Shown: positions 1-15,277 of the stretch, in pieces
Layout of the letters: each line of letters begins with the position of its first letter
How positions within the stretch are numbered: the first letter of the stretch is position 1
From: an uncultured Actinomycetes bacterium
Lineage (GTDB): Bacteria; Actinomycetota; Acidimicrobiia; IMCC26256; PALSA-610
Length of the DNA stretch: 64,000 nt
Direction of reading: 5' to 3'
Assembly: GCA_963829195.1 (NCBI GenBank)
Contig: CAWHHS010000006.1
Location: 726,510 to 790,509 of the forward strand
The notes under the pieces: model-generated
Database searches by the model: none
Seen by the model: the letters and a program-made list of their open reading frames with translations, nothing else
Told to the model about the DNA's origin: nothing
Position numbers and translations under genes: made by a program

Positions 1-138
1 GCGTTGCGCACGACGACCTCGAACCCGGCGCGCGGCGTCCGACCGAGCAGCCGCGTGAGCACCTCGACGTCGTGGGCGTCTCGGCGTCGCGGCCGGTGGA
101 GTGGTCGCGCCGGGTCGGCAGTCGGCACGGCCCGGAGT

Positions 139-1773
<1,635 letters not shown>

Positions 1774-1799
1774 GGGGCGGATGTGGCGAATGTAGACGG

Positions 1800-2757
1800 T
1801 TGCGCGCTCCCGAGTGGCAGCGAACGCACGTTCGGCCCCGGACTCGAGCCCGTCGGGCCGAGATTCTCGCGACGATTCGTCCGAGACGCGAGCCTCGGAG
1901 ACTCCGGAGCGCGACGGCGGTCGACCGGCGGATGGCGGCGGGCCGGCGCGGCCGGCGCGGCCGGCGGCGCGGGCCGGACCGGCGGCACGACCCCGGAGAT
2001 CGACCGGAACACGTCGAGCAGCTCGACCGGGATCGGGAAGATGATCGTCGAGTTCCGCTCGGCCGAGATCTCGGCCATCGTCTGCAGCGTCCGCAGCTGC
2101 ATCGCGCCCGGGCTCGCCGCCATCATCGTCGCGGCCTCGCCCAGCTTCTCCGACGCCTGCATCTCGCCGTCGGCCGCGATGATCTTCGCCCGCCGCTCGC
2201 GCTCGGCTTCGGCCTGGCGCGCCATCGCGCGCTGCATCTGCTCGGGCAGCCCGACGTCGCGGATCTCGACCAACTCGACCTCGACGCCCCACGACTCGGT
2301 CTGCTGGTCGAGCGCGATCTTCAGCTCCTGGTTGATCCGGTCGCGCTCGCCGAGCAGCTGATCGAGCTCGTGGCGGCCGATGATCGAACGCAACGACGTC
2401 TGCGCGACGAGCTGCGCGGCGTTGAACCAGTTCTGGATCTTGATCACCGACGCGACCGGGTCCTTGACCCGGAAGTACGCGACCGCGTCGACCGCGACGG
2501 TGACGTTGTCCTTGGTGATCACCTGCTGCGACGCGACCGGCACCGCCTGCGTCTGCAGGTTGACCCGCACGATCCGGCTGATGAACGGCGGCACGAAGAA
2601 GATGCCCGGCCCGCGCGCGCCGCGGCAGCGGCCGAACACGAACAGCACGCCCCGCTCGTACTCCTGCACGACCCGCACGCCCGACGCGATCAGCCACAGG
2701 AAGACGACGACGAGCGAGGACCGCGAGCGATCCCGATTGCAGCAGCCATACGGTCAT
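1800..2757 (-). CDS. SPFH/band-7 stomatin-like membrane protein. The N-terminal TM segment is in a different frame from the SPFH domain.
   Basis: MTVWLLQSGSLAVLA then, after a frame shift, LVVVFLWLIASGVRVVQEYERGVLFVFGR...QAVPVASQQVITKDNVTVAVDAVAYFRV...IIFPIPVELLD, followed by a Pro/Ala-rich tail. Confidence 0.7.
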
Positions 2758-2759
2758 TC

Positions 2760-4245
2760 TGACGCCCGCGACCGCTCACGGCCGCGGCGGATCGTCCACC
2801 GCGACCCGCGCGCTCCCAGAGTCGCGCCGCACCGACCGCCGGCGTCGGCGGCGGCGAGATCGATGCCGCTCCGCGGCGGCCAGCTCGCTCCATGCGCGCG
2901 AACCGGTCGCTGGAACCGCGCCCGCCCACGCGCCGCAGCGCCGATTCGCCGTCGATGCCGTGCCGGGCGCCCGCGGCCGCGAGCGCGGCCGAGCGCGGCG
3001 CCGAGCGCGGCGTCGTCGTCGACGCGCCGGCACGAGCCGCGGCTCGCGCCAGATCGGGATCGAGCCCGACCGACGGCGGCCTTGCGCAGCAGCTTCTGCA
3101 CGTAGAGCAGCGACGGCAGCCCGGGCGTGATGCCCTCGACGAGCGAGTCGTGGCCCTTCTCGTCCTTCTTGATCTGCTCCCAGTTCGTGACGACCGCGTC
3201 GGGCGTGTCGGCCTCGACCTCGCCGAACACGTGCGGATGGCGGCGCACGAGCTTGGCGTGGACACCGCGGCGCGACGTCGGCGATCGGTGAACGCGCCGG
3301 CCTCCGACGCGAGCACGGAATGGATCATCACCTGGAAGAGCAGGTCGCCGAGCTCGTCCTCGAGCGCGTCGTACGCGCCGGCGGGGATCGTCGCCGCCGG
3401 GCGCGTCGAGCGGGAGCTCGTCGATCGCGGCCGCGACCTCGTACGCCTCCTCGAGCACGTGGCGCCGCAGCGAGTGATGGGTCTGCGCCGCGTCCCACGG
3501 GCACCCGCCCGGACCGCGCAGGCGCTCGGTCAGCGCGAGCAGCCGCGCGAGCTCGCCGGCGACCGACGACGTCGCCGGTGTCGACGAACACCGACGTGAG
3601 GTGGTCGGGCTCGACGCGCCTGGTCGAGCTCGGCGAGCGGCGACGGGCACGAGCCGTTCGTCGGGCAGACCCGAGGCCCTGCAGCACGATCACCTCGTGC
3701 TCGGGCGGCGAGCACCTCGAGCAGCGCGAGCTTCACGTCGGAGAGCACGAAGCGCGTGTCGCACTGCGCGAGCAGCATCGGCGCCCGCGAACCCGGCGGA
3801 GTCGACCGCGAACGTGCGCGCGTCGACCACGCGCGCACCGGTCATCGGATCGATGCCGAGCCGGTTCCACGCGAGGTCGGCGAACGAGAGCCCGGGCACG
3901 ATCTCGATGTCGATGCCGGCGCCGCGCAGCAGCACGACGGTGCGTTCGGCGACCGACGGGCTGCCCGGCACCGCGTAGGCGACCTCGCCGTGCTCCTGCG
4001 CGGCCTCGACGACCCGCGCCGCGATCGCGGCGTAGACCGTGTCGAGGTCGTCGCCGGTGTCGTAGAGGAGGTCGAGCGGCTCGAGCACGAGCCCCTCGGC
4101 CGCCAGCTCGTCGACCGCGGGATGGCGCGCGGTGCGCACGTAGCGCACCGGGATGCGTTCGAGCGCGGCGCGGGCCGCGGGCAGCAACAGATCGACGCCG
4201 GCCGGGCCGAGCCCGACCACGACGACGCGGGGCCGGCTCACCCGC
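2760..4245 (-). CDS. mazG: YabN-like protein: N-terminal tetrapyrrole (SAM) methylase domain fused or adjacent to a MazG nucleoside-triphosphate pyrophosphohydrolase. Frameshifted.
   Basis: Methylase block: RVVVVGLGPAGVDLLLPAARAAL...YAVPGSPSVAERTVVLLRGAGIDIEIVPGLSFADLAW. MazG block: LARLLALTERLRGPGGCPWDAAQTHHSLRRHVLEEAYEVAAAIDE...HPHVFGEVEADTPDAVVTNWEQIKKDEKG. Confidence 0.7.
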
Positions 4246-4379
4246 CCGCGGGAACGGTCGGGCGGTGGTCGTCGTCGTGGTCGCCGCGGGCACGCCGCCG
4301 ACTTCTCCCGGCAGGTCCGCGCTGGCCGGCGACCGGCGGCGCGGCACGTGCGAACGACGATGCCGCCGGTCTGCGAGTC

Positions 4380-5300
4380 GATGCCGAGCCGCGCCACGTG
4401 CCGTACCGCGGGTTGACCCACACGTGGATCGACCTGCGAGGCGCAGGTCGACGACCGAGCTCGCGGCCTGCTGCAGCGCCGCCGCGAACTCGGCTTGTCA
4501 CGTCGACGCGGATCCCAGCGTGCGCACCAGGATCAGGTGGTAGCCGAACTGCGTCTTCACCGGACCGATCAGCGTGCCGAGCGGCGCGGCGACGCGGCCG
4601 CGTCCTGGAACTGCCTTGACGAACTCGTTCGCGCGTCAGGCAGCCGAGCGCGCCGCCCTGCTTGCGCCGAGCCGTGTCGGTCGACTTCGCCTTCGCGAGC
4701 GTCGGCGAACGCTGCGCCGGCCTGCAGCTGCGGCAAGCAGCGCGTCGGCGTCGGCCTGCGTCCTTCACCAGGATGTGCGCGACGAACCGACCCGACGGGC
4801 AGATCGTCGTGGCGAACTCGTCGTAGAGCGCCTGCTCCTTCGCGGCCGTCGGCGAGCGAGTACTGCCGCATCGTGAGGAGCTCGCCGTGCGGTCGACGAG
4901 CATCGTCTGCAACGACTTCGGGAACGCCGCGTACACGATCCGCGTTCGATGAACGTGGTGTTGCCCTCGAGTCCTGACGCTCGTTGCAGCGGGAACTCCT
5001 GCCTCGTCTGCGCCGCCGCCTGGTCACGGTATCGGAGGTGACCGTCAGTTCGAGCACGGACAACTCCGCGTCGACGCGGCCTGCTCGACGAGCTGCGAGA
5101 GCTACACTCGACGACAGGTCGGTGCCGGTCGCGTCTCCTGGTCCCCGTCGAGCGTTGGAAGCCGGCCTGCGTCGTCAGGAACGTCTGGAACTGCTTGTTC
5201 CCGAGGAGCTCGTGCGAGCTCCTTGCGTGAAGCTCGGCCCGCGTGATGTGGACCGTGTGGTTGCCGCCCGACGTCGTGGTACGTGATCGTCGCCGCGTCG
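4380..5300 (-). CDS. Possible SurA-N/parvulin-type peptidyl-prolyl isomerase-like protein. Heavily frameshifted.
   Basis: Fragments GRFVAHILVKD (parvulin ASHILV-like), HELLGNKQFQTFLTTQAGF and IHVWVNPRYGTW in different frames between mfd and mazG. Confidence 0.3.
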
Positions 5301-5389
5301 CGAGGCGCTGCTCGAGCACGCCGGTCAGGCCGAGCGGCGACAGCCGCCACGACGAGGAGAGCGCGACGACGGCGGAATCGGCGGAGCGA

Positions 5390-8881
<3,492 letters not shown>

Positions 8882-8950
8882 GGGCGCGCGTTCTACCCGA
8901 GAGCGCGGACGCGCCCCGGGTAGCGGCCAGCGTAGACCCGAGAACTCCAC

Positions 8951-9025
8951 CAACAGTTGTCAGGGAAGATGGCGTCAGGCGCCACTTTGTCTGCCAACTG
9001 TTGTCAGGGAAGATGGCGTCAGGCG
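8951..9025. repeat. Tandem direct repeat: two 31-bp copies (CAAC[A/T]GTTGTCAGGGAAGATGGCGTCAGGCG) 44 bp apart, between the pth 3' end and the mfd 5' end.
   Basis: Copies at 8951-8981 and 8995-9025 differ at one base. A related pair lies at 21560-21638. Confidence 0.6.
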
Positions 9026-9606
9026 GGGTCGGGGGTGCGGGCGTTGTAGCGGTTCATGGCCGCGTGCGACCCGTCGGTCGCGATGCACTCGACCGCGTCG
9101 GCGGCCTCCTCGATGGTGACGTCCATCGATTCCCGCTCGCGTTTGGAGACACGCGACAGCACGTGGTCGGCGCCGCGCTCCTTCGACGGCGGCTTGCCGA
9201 CACCGATCCGCACGCGCACGAACTCGTCGGTGTGCAGGTGCTGCTTGATCGAGCGCAGCCCGTTGTGGCCGGCGAGCCCGCCGCCGACCTTCACCCGCAG
9301 CACCGCGGGCGGGAGGTCGAGCTCGTCGTGCACGATCACGATCTGGTCGGGCTCGACACCGAACCGGCGCACCAGCCCGGCGACCGCTTCACCCGAGTCG
9401 TTCATGTACGTGAGCGGGACCGCGAGCGCGACCCGTTGGTCGCCGATACGCACCTCGTCGCTGCGGGCCCGGCCCTTCGAGCCGTGCAGCTTCCCGCCGT
9501 GGCGACGCGCGAGCAGCTCGACGACCTCGGCGCCGACGTTGTGCCGCGTCCGCGCGTACTCGTCGCCGGGATTGCCGAGCCCGACCACCAGGAGGTCGAC
9601 GGGCAC
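9019..9606 (-). CDS. pth: Peptidyl-tRNA hydrolase.
   Basis: VDLLVVGLGNPGDEYARTRHNVGAEVVELLA...LTYMNDSGEAVAGLVRRFGV...VHDELDLPPAVLRVKVGGGLAGHNGLRSI. The GTG start is adjacent to the rplY stop. Confidence 0.9.
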   Translation of the reverse strand: MPVDLLVVGLGNPGDEYARTRHNVGAEVVELLARRHGGKLHGSKGRARSDEVRIGDQRVALAVPLTYMNDSGEAVAGLVRRFGVEPDQIVIVHDELDLPPAVLRVKVGGGLAGHNGLRSIKQHLHTDEFVRVRIGVGKPPSKERGADHVLSRVSKRERESMDVTIEEAADAVECIATDGSHAAMNRYNARTPDPA

Positions 9607-9613
9607 TGATCGT

Positions 9614-10259
9614 CTACTCGCCCGAAGGCGCCTCGGCCGGCGCGGCGCCACCTTCGGCCGCACCCTCGGCCACTTCGCCCTCGCCACCCTCGCCCGCTTC
9701 GGCGACCCGGGGCGCGGAGATCTGCGCAACGAGCTCGTCGGGGTTCTGCAGCACGGTCACGCCCCGCGGGACGGTGAGGTCGCGCACGTAGATCTGGCCA
9801 CCGATCTGGAGCCCGCTGACGTCGTGCTCGATCGCCGGCGGGAAGTCGGCCGGCTTGGCCTCGACCGTGAGCGTGTGCACGAGCTGTTCGAGCACACCGC
9901 CGCGCATCGCGCCCTCGGCGTCGCCCTCGAGGTGGACGGGGATCTCGGCCTGGATCGTCTGGTCGGCACGGACGCGCACGAAGTCGACGTGGATCACGTT
10001 GCCGCGGACCGGGTGACGCTGCAGCTGGCGGGCGATCGCGAGCTCTTCGGTGCCGTCGATGTTCAGCGTGATGAGCGTGTTCATGCCGCTGCCCGCCGGA
10101 CAGGATGTGCGCGAGCTCGCGCTGCGGGACCGAGACGGCGACGTTCTCGTCACCGAGGCCGTAGACGATGGCCGGGATCAGCCCCTCGCGGCGGATGCGC
10201 CCGGCGGGACCCTTGCCGGCCGCGGGGCGGCGAAGTGCGAGGAGCGTGGCATCGGCCAT
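9614..10259 (-). CDS. rplY: 50S ribosomal protein L25 / general stress protein Ctc. One frame change.
   Basis: N-terminus RIRREGLIPAIVYGLGDENVAVSV in one frame. LITLNIDGTEELAIARQLQRHPVRGNVIHVDFVRV...acidic Gly/Glu tail in another. Confidence 0.85.
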
Positions 10260-10332
10260 GGCGCGTCAATCCTCGTGAGGGAAAATGGTGAACAGGAGAT
10301 TCTCGCGCACCTCGGCGGGCGGGTGGGAATCC

Positions 10333-10989
10333 CTAGATCTGGCTCCAGTCGGCGCCCGTGCGGGATCTGAAGTGGCGGCGAGCCCACGACGACCGCGATC
10401 TCCGTGTGATCGGCGAGCGGGATCGACCGGGATCGCCCTGCGACTTGGTCCCGTTCACGAAGACCGCCACCGCCTTGTGCGGCTGGCAGAACGTCGCGAA
10501 ACAGTCGTCGGAGAACTTCACGTTCCACTCGATGAAGAGCTGACCGAGCGTGTTGTCCTTGTGCGTCGACGACTCGGTATGGATGATGCCGCTGATGTCG
10601 TGGGTGTGCAGCGGCGAGATGCACGGCGTGGCGCACGGCACCACGATGCCGCCGTATGCCGGCGCGCCGTCGGTCGTGCCCTGGTGCACGCCGGGGTTGG
10701 TGATGTCGATACCGAGGCCGGCGGGCACCAGGATGCGCAGCCCGTCGACGTAGACGTCGAGATGCGCGTGCACGTGGTACTGGAGTTGCTCGGCCGTCTC
10801 GGGCACGAGCCCGGCCGCCCGCGCGAGCGCCATCGGATCCTTCGGCGCGGGATACGGCGTCGGGAAGGCGGACGACGGCTCGGTCGTGATCTCGGTCGTG
10901 CCCGATCCCGGGTTCGACGAGCTGCAAGCGGCGAGTGAGCATGCGATCGCGACGGCACCGACCGTCGCGATGATGGTCCGAAGCTTCAC
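10333..10989 (-). CDS. Lipoprotein in the position of LpqT (between rplY and prs). Frameshifted.
   Basis: MKLRTIIATVGAVAIACSLAACSSS gives a lipobox LAAC. The C-terminal part continues in another frame (ADHTEIAVVVGSPP). Confidence 0.55.
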   Translation of the reverse strand: MKLRTIIATVGAVAIACSLAACSSSNPGSGTTEITTEPSSAFPTPYPAPKDPMALARAAGLVPETAEQLQYHVHAHLDVYVDGLRILVPAGLGIDITNPGVHQGTTDGAPAYGGIVVPCATPCISPLHTHDISGIIHTESSTHKDNTLGQLFIEWNVKFSDDCFATFCQPHKAVAVFVNGTKSQGDPGRSRSPITRRSRSSWARRHFRSRTGADWSQI

Positions 10990-11002
10990 GGCAACCCGCT
11001 CA

Positions 11003-11972
11003 TCACATGTTGTCGCCGCCGAAGAGCTCGCTCACCGAGCCGTCTTCGAACACGGCGTCGATCGCCTCCGCGAGCAGCGGCGCGATGGAGAGCACCCGGA
11101 GGGTGTCGAAGTGCTTCTCGTCGGGGATCGGCACCGTGTTGGTGACGACGACCTCTCGGATGGGGCCGTTCTTCAGCCGGTCGACCGCCGGACCTGAGAG
11201 CAGGCCGTGGGTCGCGGCGATGTACACCTCGGTCGCGCCCCGGTCGATCAGCAGGTTCGCCGCGCTCACGACCGTTCCCGCGGTGTCGATCATGTCGTCG
11301 ACGATGATGCACGTGCGCCCTTCGATGTCGCCGACGACCTCGGTGGCGACCGCGACGTTGTGCGTGCCCTTCGGGCGGCGCTTGTCGATGAACGCGATGT
11401 CGGCGTTGAGCCGGTCGGCGAAGCGCCGCGGCGAGCTTGCCGCCGCCCGCGTCGGGGGCGACGATCACCGCGTCGCTCTCGACGTTGTGCTTCAGGTACT
11501 CGGCGATCACCGGCACGGCGGTGAGGTGGTCGACGGGGAAGTCGAAGAAGCCCTGGATCTGTCCGGTGTGCAGGTCGACGGTTACGACGCGGTCCGCGCC
11601 CGCGGCAGTGAGCAGGTCGGCGACGAGACGCGCCGTGATCGGTTCGCGGCCTTCCGCTTTGCGGTCCTGGCGCGCGTATCCGTAGAACGGGCACACCGCG
11701 GTGATGCGCTTCGCCGACGCGCGCTTCGCGGCGTCGATCATGATGAGCTGTTCCATGAGCAGGTCGTTGATCGAGCCGCCGTGCGTCTGGAACACGAAGA
11801 CGTCCGCGCTGCGGATGTTCTCGCCGTAACGGCAGTAGATCTCGCCGTTCGCGAAGGTCGAGAGCACGCATTCACCGAGCGGCACCCGCAGGTGCTCGGC
11901 GACCTCGGCCGACAGCTCCGAGTGGCCACGACCCGCGACGAGGATCAACCGCTTCTTGGTGAGAACTTCCAT
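11003..11972 (-). CDS. prs: Ribose-phosphate pyrophosphokinase. Two or more frame changes.
   Basis: MEVLTKKRLILVAGRGHSELSAEVAEHL...RITAVCPFYGYARQDRK...VDLHTGQIQGFFDFPVDHL, then IDTAGTVVSAANLLIDRGATEVYIAATHGLLSGPAVDRL in another frame. Confidence 0.9.
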
Positions 11973-13366
11973 CAGGCGCCATCCTCGCGCGTCGGCCTCG
12001 TGTCGCGCGCCGGTATCCCCCGCACGTGCCGTCCGGGGGCCACGTCGTGGGTCACGACCGAGCCCGCACCGGTGTCGGCGTCGTCGCCGAGCTCGACCGG
12101 CGCGACCAGCGACGTGTGGACACCGGTGTGCACCCCGTCGCCGATCGTCGTGCGGTGCTTGCGCTCGCCGTCGTAGTTGGCGGTGATGGTGCTCGCGCCG
12201 AGGTTCACGCCCGTCCCGATGTCGGCATCGCCCACATACGAGAGGTGCGGGACCTTCGTGCCCTCGCCGATGTCGGAGTTCTTGATCTCCACGTACGTGC
12301 CGATCTTGACCCCCGTGGCCAGCCGGGTTCCGGGTCGCACGTACGCGAACGGGCCGACTTCGCAGTCGTCGCCGATCTCGCACTCACGCGCCACGGCGTT
12401 CGAGATGCGCACACCCTCACCGACCACGACGTCGGTCAGACGGCAGTCAGGGCCGACGACGGATCCGGCGCCGACGACCGTGCGGCCCTCGAGGATCGTG
12501 CCCGGCAACAGCCGGACGTCGGCCTCGAGCTCCACCATCGCGTCGATGTAGGTGCGGGCCGGGTCGACCATCGTCACGCCCGTGCGCATCCAGACGCGGT
12601 TGATGCGCCGGCGCAGCTCCGTCTCCGCGTCGGCGAGCTGCACGCGGTCGTTCACCATGATCGCTTCCGCCGGATCCTCGGCTTCGAGCGCGATGACGTT
12701 GTGGCCCGCGTCGCGCAGCACCGCGATCGCGTCGGTCAGGTAGTACTCGCCCTGCGCGTTCTCGGGGCTCAAACGCCTCAGCGCGGGCGCGAGGAGCCCG
12801 CGTCGGAAGCAGTAGATCGACGTGTTGATCTCGTCGATCTCGCGTTCCTCGCCGGTCGCGTCGGCGTGCTCGACGACACGCGCGACCCGACCGTCCTTGC
12901 CACGTACGATCCGACCGAGACCGGTCGGGTCCGAGACGGTCGCGGTCAGGATCGCGGCCGCCGCGTCCTGCACGCGATGTTCGGTGGCGAGGTGCGCGAC
13001 CGTCTCCACGCGCACCAGCGGCGCGTCGCCCGGCAGCACGAGGATGTCGTCCTCGGCGTCGAGATCGTCGAAGACGGTGAGGGCCACGCTCACCGCGTCG
13101 CCGGTCCCGCGTTGCACCCGTTGCTCGACGAACTCGACCGGAACCTCGGTGACGAGCTGGTCGTGGAGCGTCTTGGTGACCCGTTCCGCCTCGTGCCCGA
13201 CCACCACCACGATGCGCTCGAGCGGAAGTTCGGCGAGCGCGTCGACGACGTGCAAGACCATCGGCCGCCCACAGAGCGGATGCAGCAGCTTGGGCGTCTG
13301 CGACCGCATCCGCGTGCCTTCCCCCGCGGCCAGCACCACTGCGCTCAGGGGCCGGTACTGCGTCAT
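11972..13366 (-). CDS. glmU: Bifunctional UDP-GlcNAc pyrophosphorylase / GlcN-1-P acetyltransferase GlmU. Intact, 464 aa.
   Basis: LAAGEGTRMRSQTPKLLHPLCGRPM. The left-handed beta-helix hexapeptide repeats are present. Uninterrupted ORF. Confidence 0.95.
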   Translation of the reverse strand: MTQYRPLSAVVLAAGEGTRMRSQTPKLLHPLCGRPMVLHVVDALAELPLERIVVVVGHEAERVTKTLHDQLVTEVPVEFVEQRVQRGTGDAVSVALTVFDDLDAEDDILVLPGDAPLVRVETVAHLATEHRVQDAAAAILTATVSDPTGLGRIVRGKDGRVARVVEHADATGEEREIDEINTSIYCFRRGLLAPALRRLSPENAQGEYYLTDAIAVLRDAGHNVIALEAEDPAEAIMVNDRVQLADAETELRRRINRVWMRTGVTMVDPARTYIDAMVELEADVRLLPGTILEGRTVVGAGSVVGPDCRLTDVVVGEGVRISNAVARECEIGDDCEVGPFAYVRPGTRLATGVKIGTYVEIKNSDIGEGTKVPHLSYVGDADIGTGVNLGASTITANYDGERKHRTTIGDGVHTGVHTSLVAPVELGDDADTGAGSVVTHDVAPGRHVRGIPARDTRPTREDGA

Positions 13367-13401
13367 GCGAACTCCCTGTTCATGAGCTCGGACTCCGAGA
13401 G

Positions 13402-13472
13402 CTCGGGGGGAAGGTTTCGAACCTTCGCTAAGGGCTTCAAAGGCCCCTGTGCTGCCGTTACACCACCCCCGA
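13402..13472 (-). tRNA. tRNA-Gln (anticodon TTG).
   Basis: Folded by hand. Acceptor TCGGGGG pairs with CCCCCGA. D-loop TAACGGCAG. Anticodon stem GGGGC pairs with GCCCT and the loop is CTTTGAA. T-arm is GAAGG-TTCGAAA-CCTTC. Confidence 0.75.
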
Positions 13473-13537
13473 AACGCCTTCGACGATAGCGGCCACTCGG
13501 GGCATTCCCGCGGCGTCTGGTAGCGTCGCTCCTCGTC

Positions 13538-13639
13538 ATGGGCTCACTCATCAAGAAGCGCCGCAAGCGCATGCGCAAGAAGAAGCACAAGAAGCTGCTG
13601 AAGAAGACCCGCTGGCAACGTCGCCAGCAGGGCAAGTAA
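13538..13639 (+). CDS. Ribosomal protein bS22 (actinobacterial small basic protein, AURKAIP1/COX24-like).
   Basis: MGSLIKKRRKRMRKKKHKKLLKKTRWQRRQQGK, 33 aa. Closely matches mycobacterial bS22. Not in the supplied ORF track because it is under 60 aa. Confidence 0.85.
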   Translation: MGSLIKKRRKRMRKKKHKKLLKKTRWQRRQQGK

Positions 13640-13643
13640 GCAG

Positions 13644-13666
13644 CGGCCGCCCCATCGGGGCGGCCG
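13644..13666. terminator. GC-rich hairpin (CGGCCGCCCC-ATC-GGGGCGGCCG) followed by TTTCG. Likely a bidirectional terminator between convergent bS22 and ispE.
   Basis: Perfect 10-bp inverted repeat with a 3-nt loop and a T-rich tail on the plus strand. Confidence 0.5.
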
Positions 13667-13687
13667 TTTCGCGTCCACGGTCGTTGC

Positions 13688-14462
13688 TCACGGACTGAGC
13701 TCCACTCCGACCGGCACGGTCGAGCCCATCCACACCGGTCCCGGCGTGGCCGCGGCGACGCGGGCGCGAGCAGCTTCGGCCTCGGCGCCGCCTGCGAACA
13801 CGACCGCGTACGACGAGCCGCTCCCGGCCAGGAGGGCGGGCGCCCCGGCCGCGGCCTCGATGTCGCGCCGGAACCCGACGAGGCGCGGTTCCACGTGCTC
13901 GGCTGCGGCCCGAAGGTCGTTGTGCTCGTCGCGCGGGCCCCCGAGCGCGTCCCACGCCCGGTACACCTCGGCGGTCGCGCACCCGAACGGCGGGGTCGCG
14001 ATGACCACGAACCGGGCCGGGACCTCGCCCGGCTCGAGGCGCTCGCCGATCCCGCCGACGCGCGCGAACCCGCCCTGTAGGCAGAACGGCACATCGGCAC
14101 CGAGGGTCGCCGCGACCGCGGGATCGCCGCCGAGCGCGCGCAGCACCGCGGCCGCGTCCGCCGAACCACCGCCGAGGCCCGCCCCGGACGGGATGCCTTT
14201 GTGCAGGACGATCTCGACCGCCGCCGCCGCACGCGTCGGCCGCGCGCCACGCGAGGTTCGAAGCGTCGGCCGGCACGCCTTGCGCGAACGGCCCCGTGAC
14301 GGTCAGCGACGTTCTGGGCGCGGGCCGCAGCTCGATCGTGTCGTGCGGTTCCGAGACCGAGACCATCGTCGCGTCGAGCTCGTGGTAGCCGTCGGCGCGC
14401 GTTCCGGTCACGTGCAGCGAGAGCGTCAGCTTCGCGAACGCGCGGACGCTGACGTCACGCAT
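13688..14462 (-). CDS. ispE: 4-diphosphocytidyl-2-C-methyl-D-erythritol kinase. One frame change.
   Basis: [45 protein letters not shown] and the C-terminal [21 protein letters not shown]...[16 protein letters not shown] overlap with rsmA. Confidence 0.85.
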
Positions 14463-15277
14463 CGGCGAGCCTCGACCAGTCGGCGAGCGAAAGGGTCTCG
14501 GCGCGTGCCTGCGGGTCGATACCGGCGCGGGCGAAGCGGTCAGCGTCGACGCGACCGTCCAACGTGTTGCGCAGGGTCTTGCGCCGCGTAGCGAACCCGG
14601 CGCGGACGAGGTCGAACATCGCGTCGACGTCGCGCACGGGAACCGGCGGCGCCGGGTGGCGGACGAGGCGCACCAACGCGCTCTCGACCTTCGGCTTCGG
14701 GACGAACACGTTCGGGGAGACCGTGCCCGCAATCTTCGCCGACGCGTAGTACGCGACCTTCACCGACACCGCGCCGTACGCGTCGTCACCGGCACCGGCC
14801 ACCATCCGCTCGCCGACCTCGCGCTGCACCATCACCAGCAGCCGCTCGATCATCGGCGCCGTCTCCAGCACACCGATCACGACGGGCGTCGCGACGTTGT
14901 ACGGGAGGTTGGCAACCATGACCCACGGCCCCTCCCCGAGCCGCGCGCCCCAGTCGACGCGGAGCGCGTCGTCGTGCACGACTTCGACGTCGCGCCCTTC
15001 GACGACTTCGGACAGGATCGGCACCAGATGACGATCGAGCTCGATCGCACACACGTGCACACCGGCATCGGCGAGCGCGACGGTGAGCGCGCCGATGCCC
15101 GGCCCGACCTCGACGACCCGATCCCCGGGCTGCACCTCGGCGAGGCGGACGATCCGGCGGGCCGTGTTCTCGTCGCCGAGGAAGTTCTGCCCGAGCGCCT
15201 TCGACGGCCGGAACCCGTGGCGCGCGAGCAGCTCGCGGATCTCGCTCGGCGTCACCGTTCGACGCCGAAGGCGCGCG
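14455..15277 (-). CDS. rsmA: 16S rRNA (adenine1518/1519-N6)-dimethyltransferase RsmA/KsgA.
   Basis: ALGQNFLGDENTARRIVRLA...VVEVGPGIGALT...MVANLPYNVATP. Confidence 0.85.

Noticed and set aside
8951-9025. The CAACnGTTG palindrome cores of the direct repeats considered as LexA/SOS boxes upstream of mfd.
   Set aside because: The actinobacterial SOS box is TCGAAC-N4-GTTCGA. Spacing and arms do not match, so the repeats are reported only as an unexplained motif.
13367-13537. The glmU upstream intergenic region considered for additional RNA genes or riboswitches beyond tRNA-Gln.
   Set aside because: After assigning the 71-nt tRNA, only about 100 nt remain with no recognisable conserved structure. 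It is likely just promoter/leader for bS22 and glmU.
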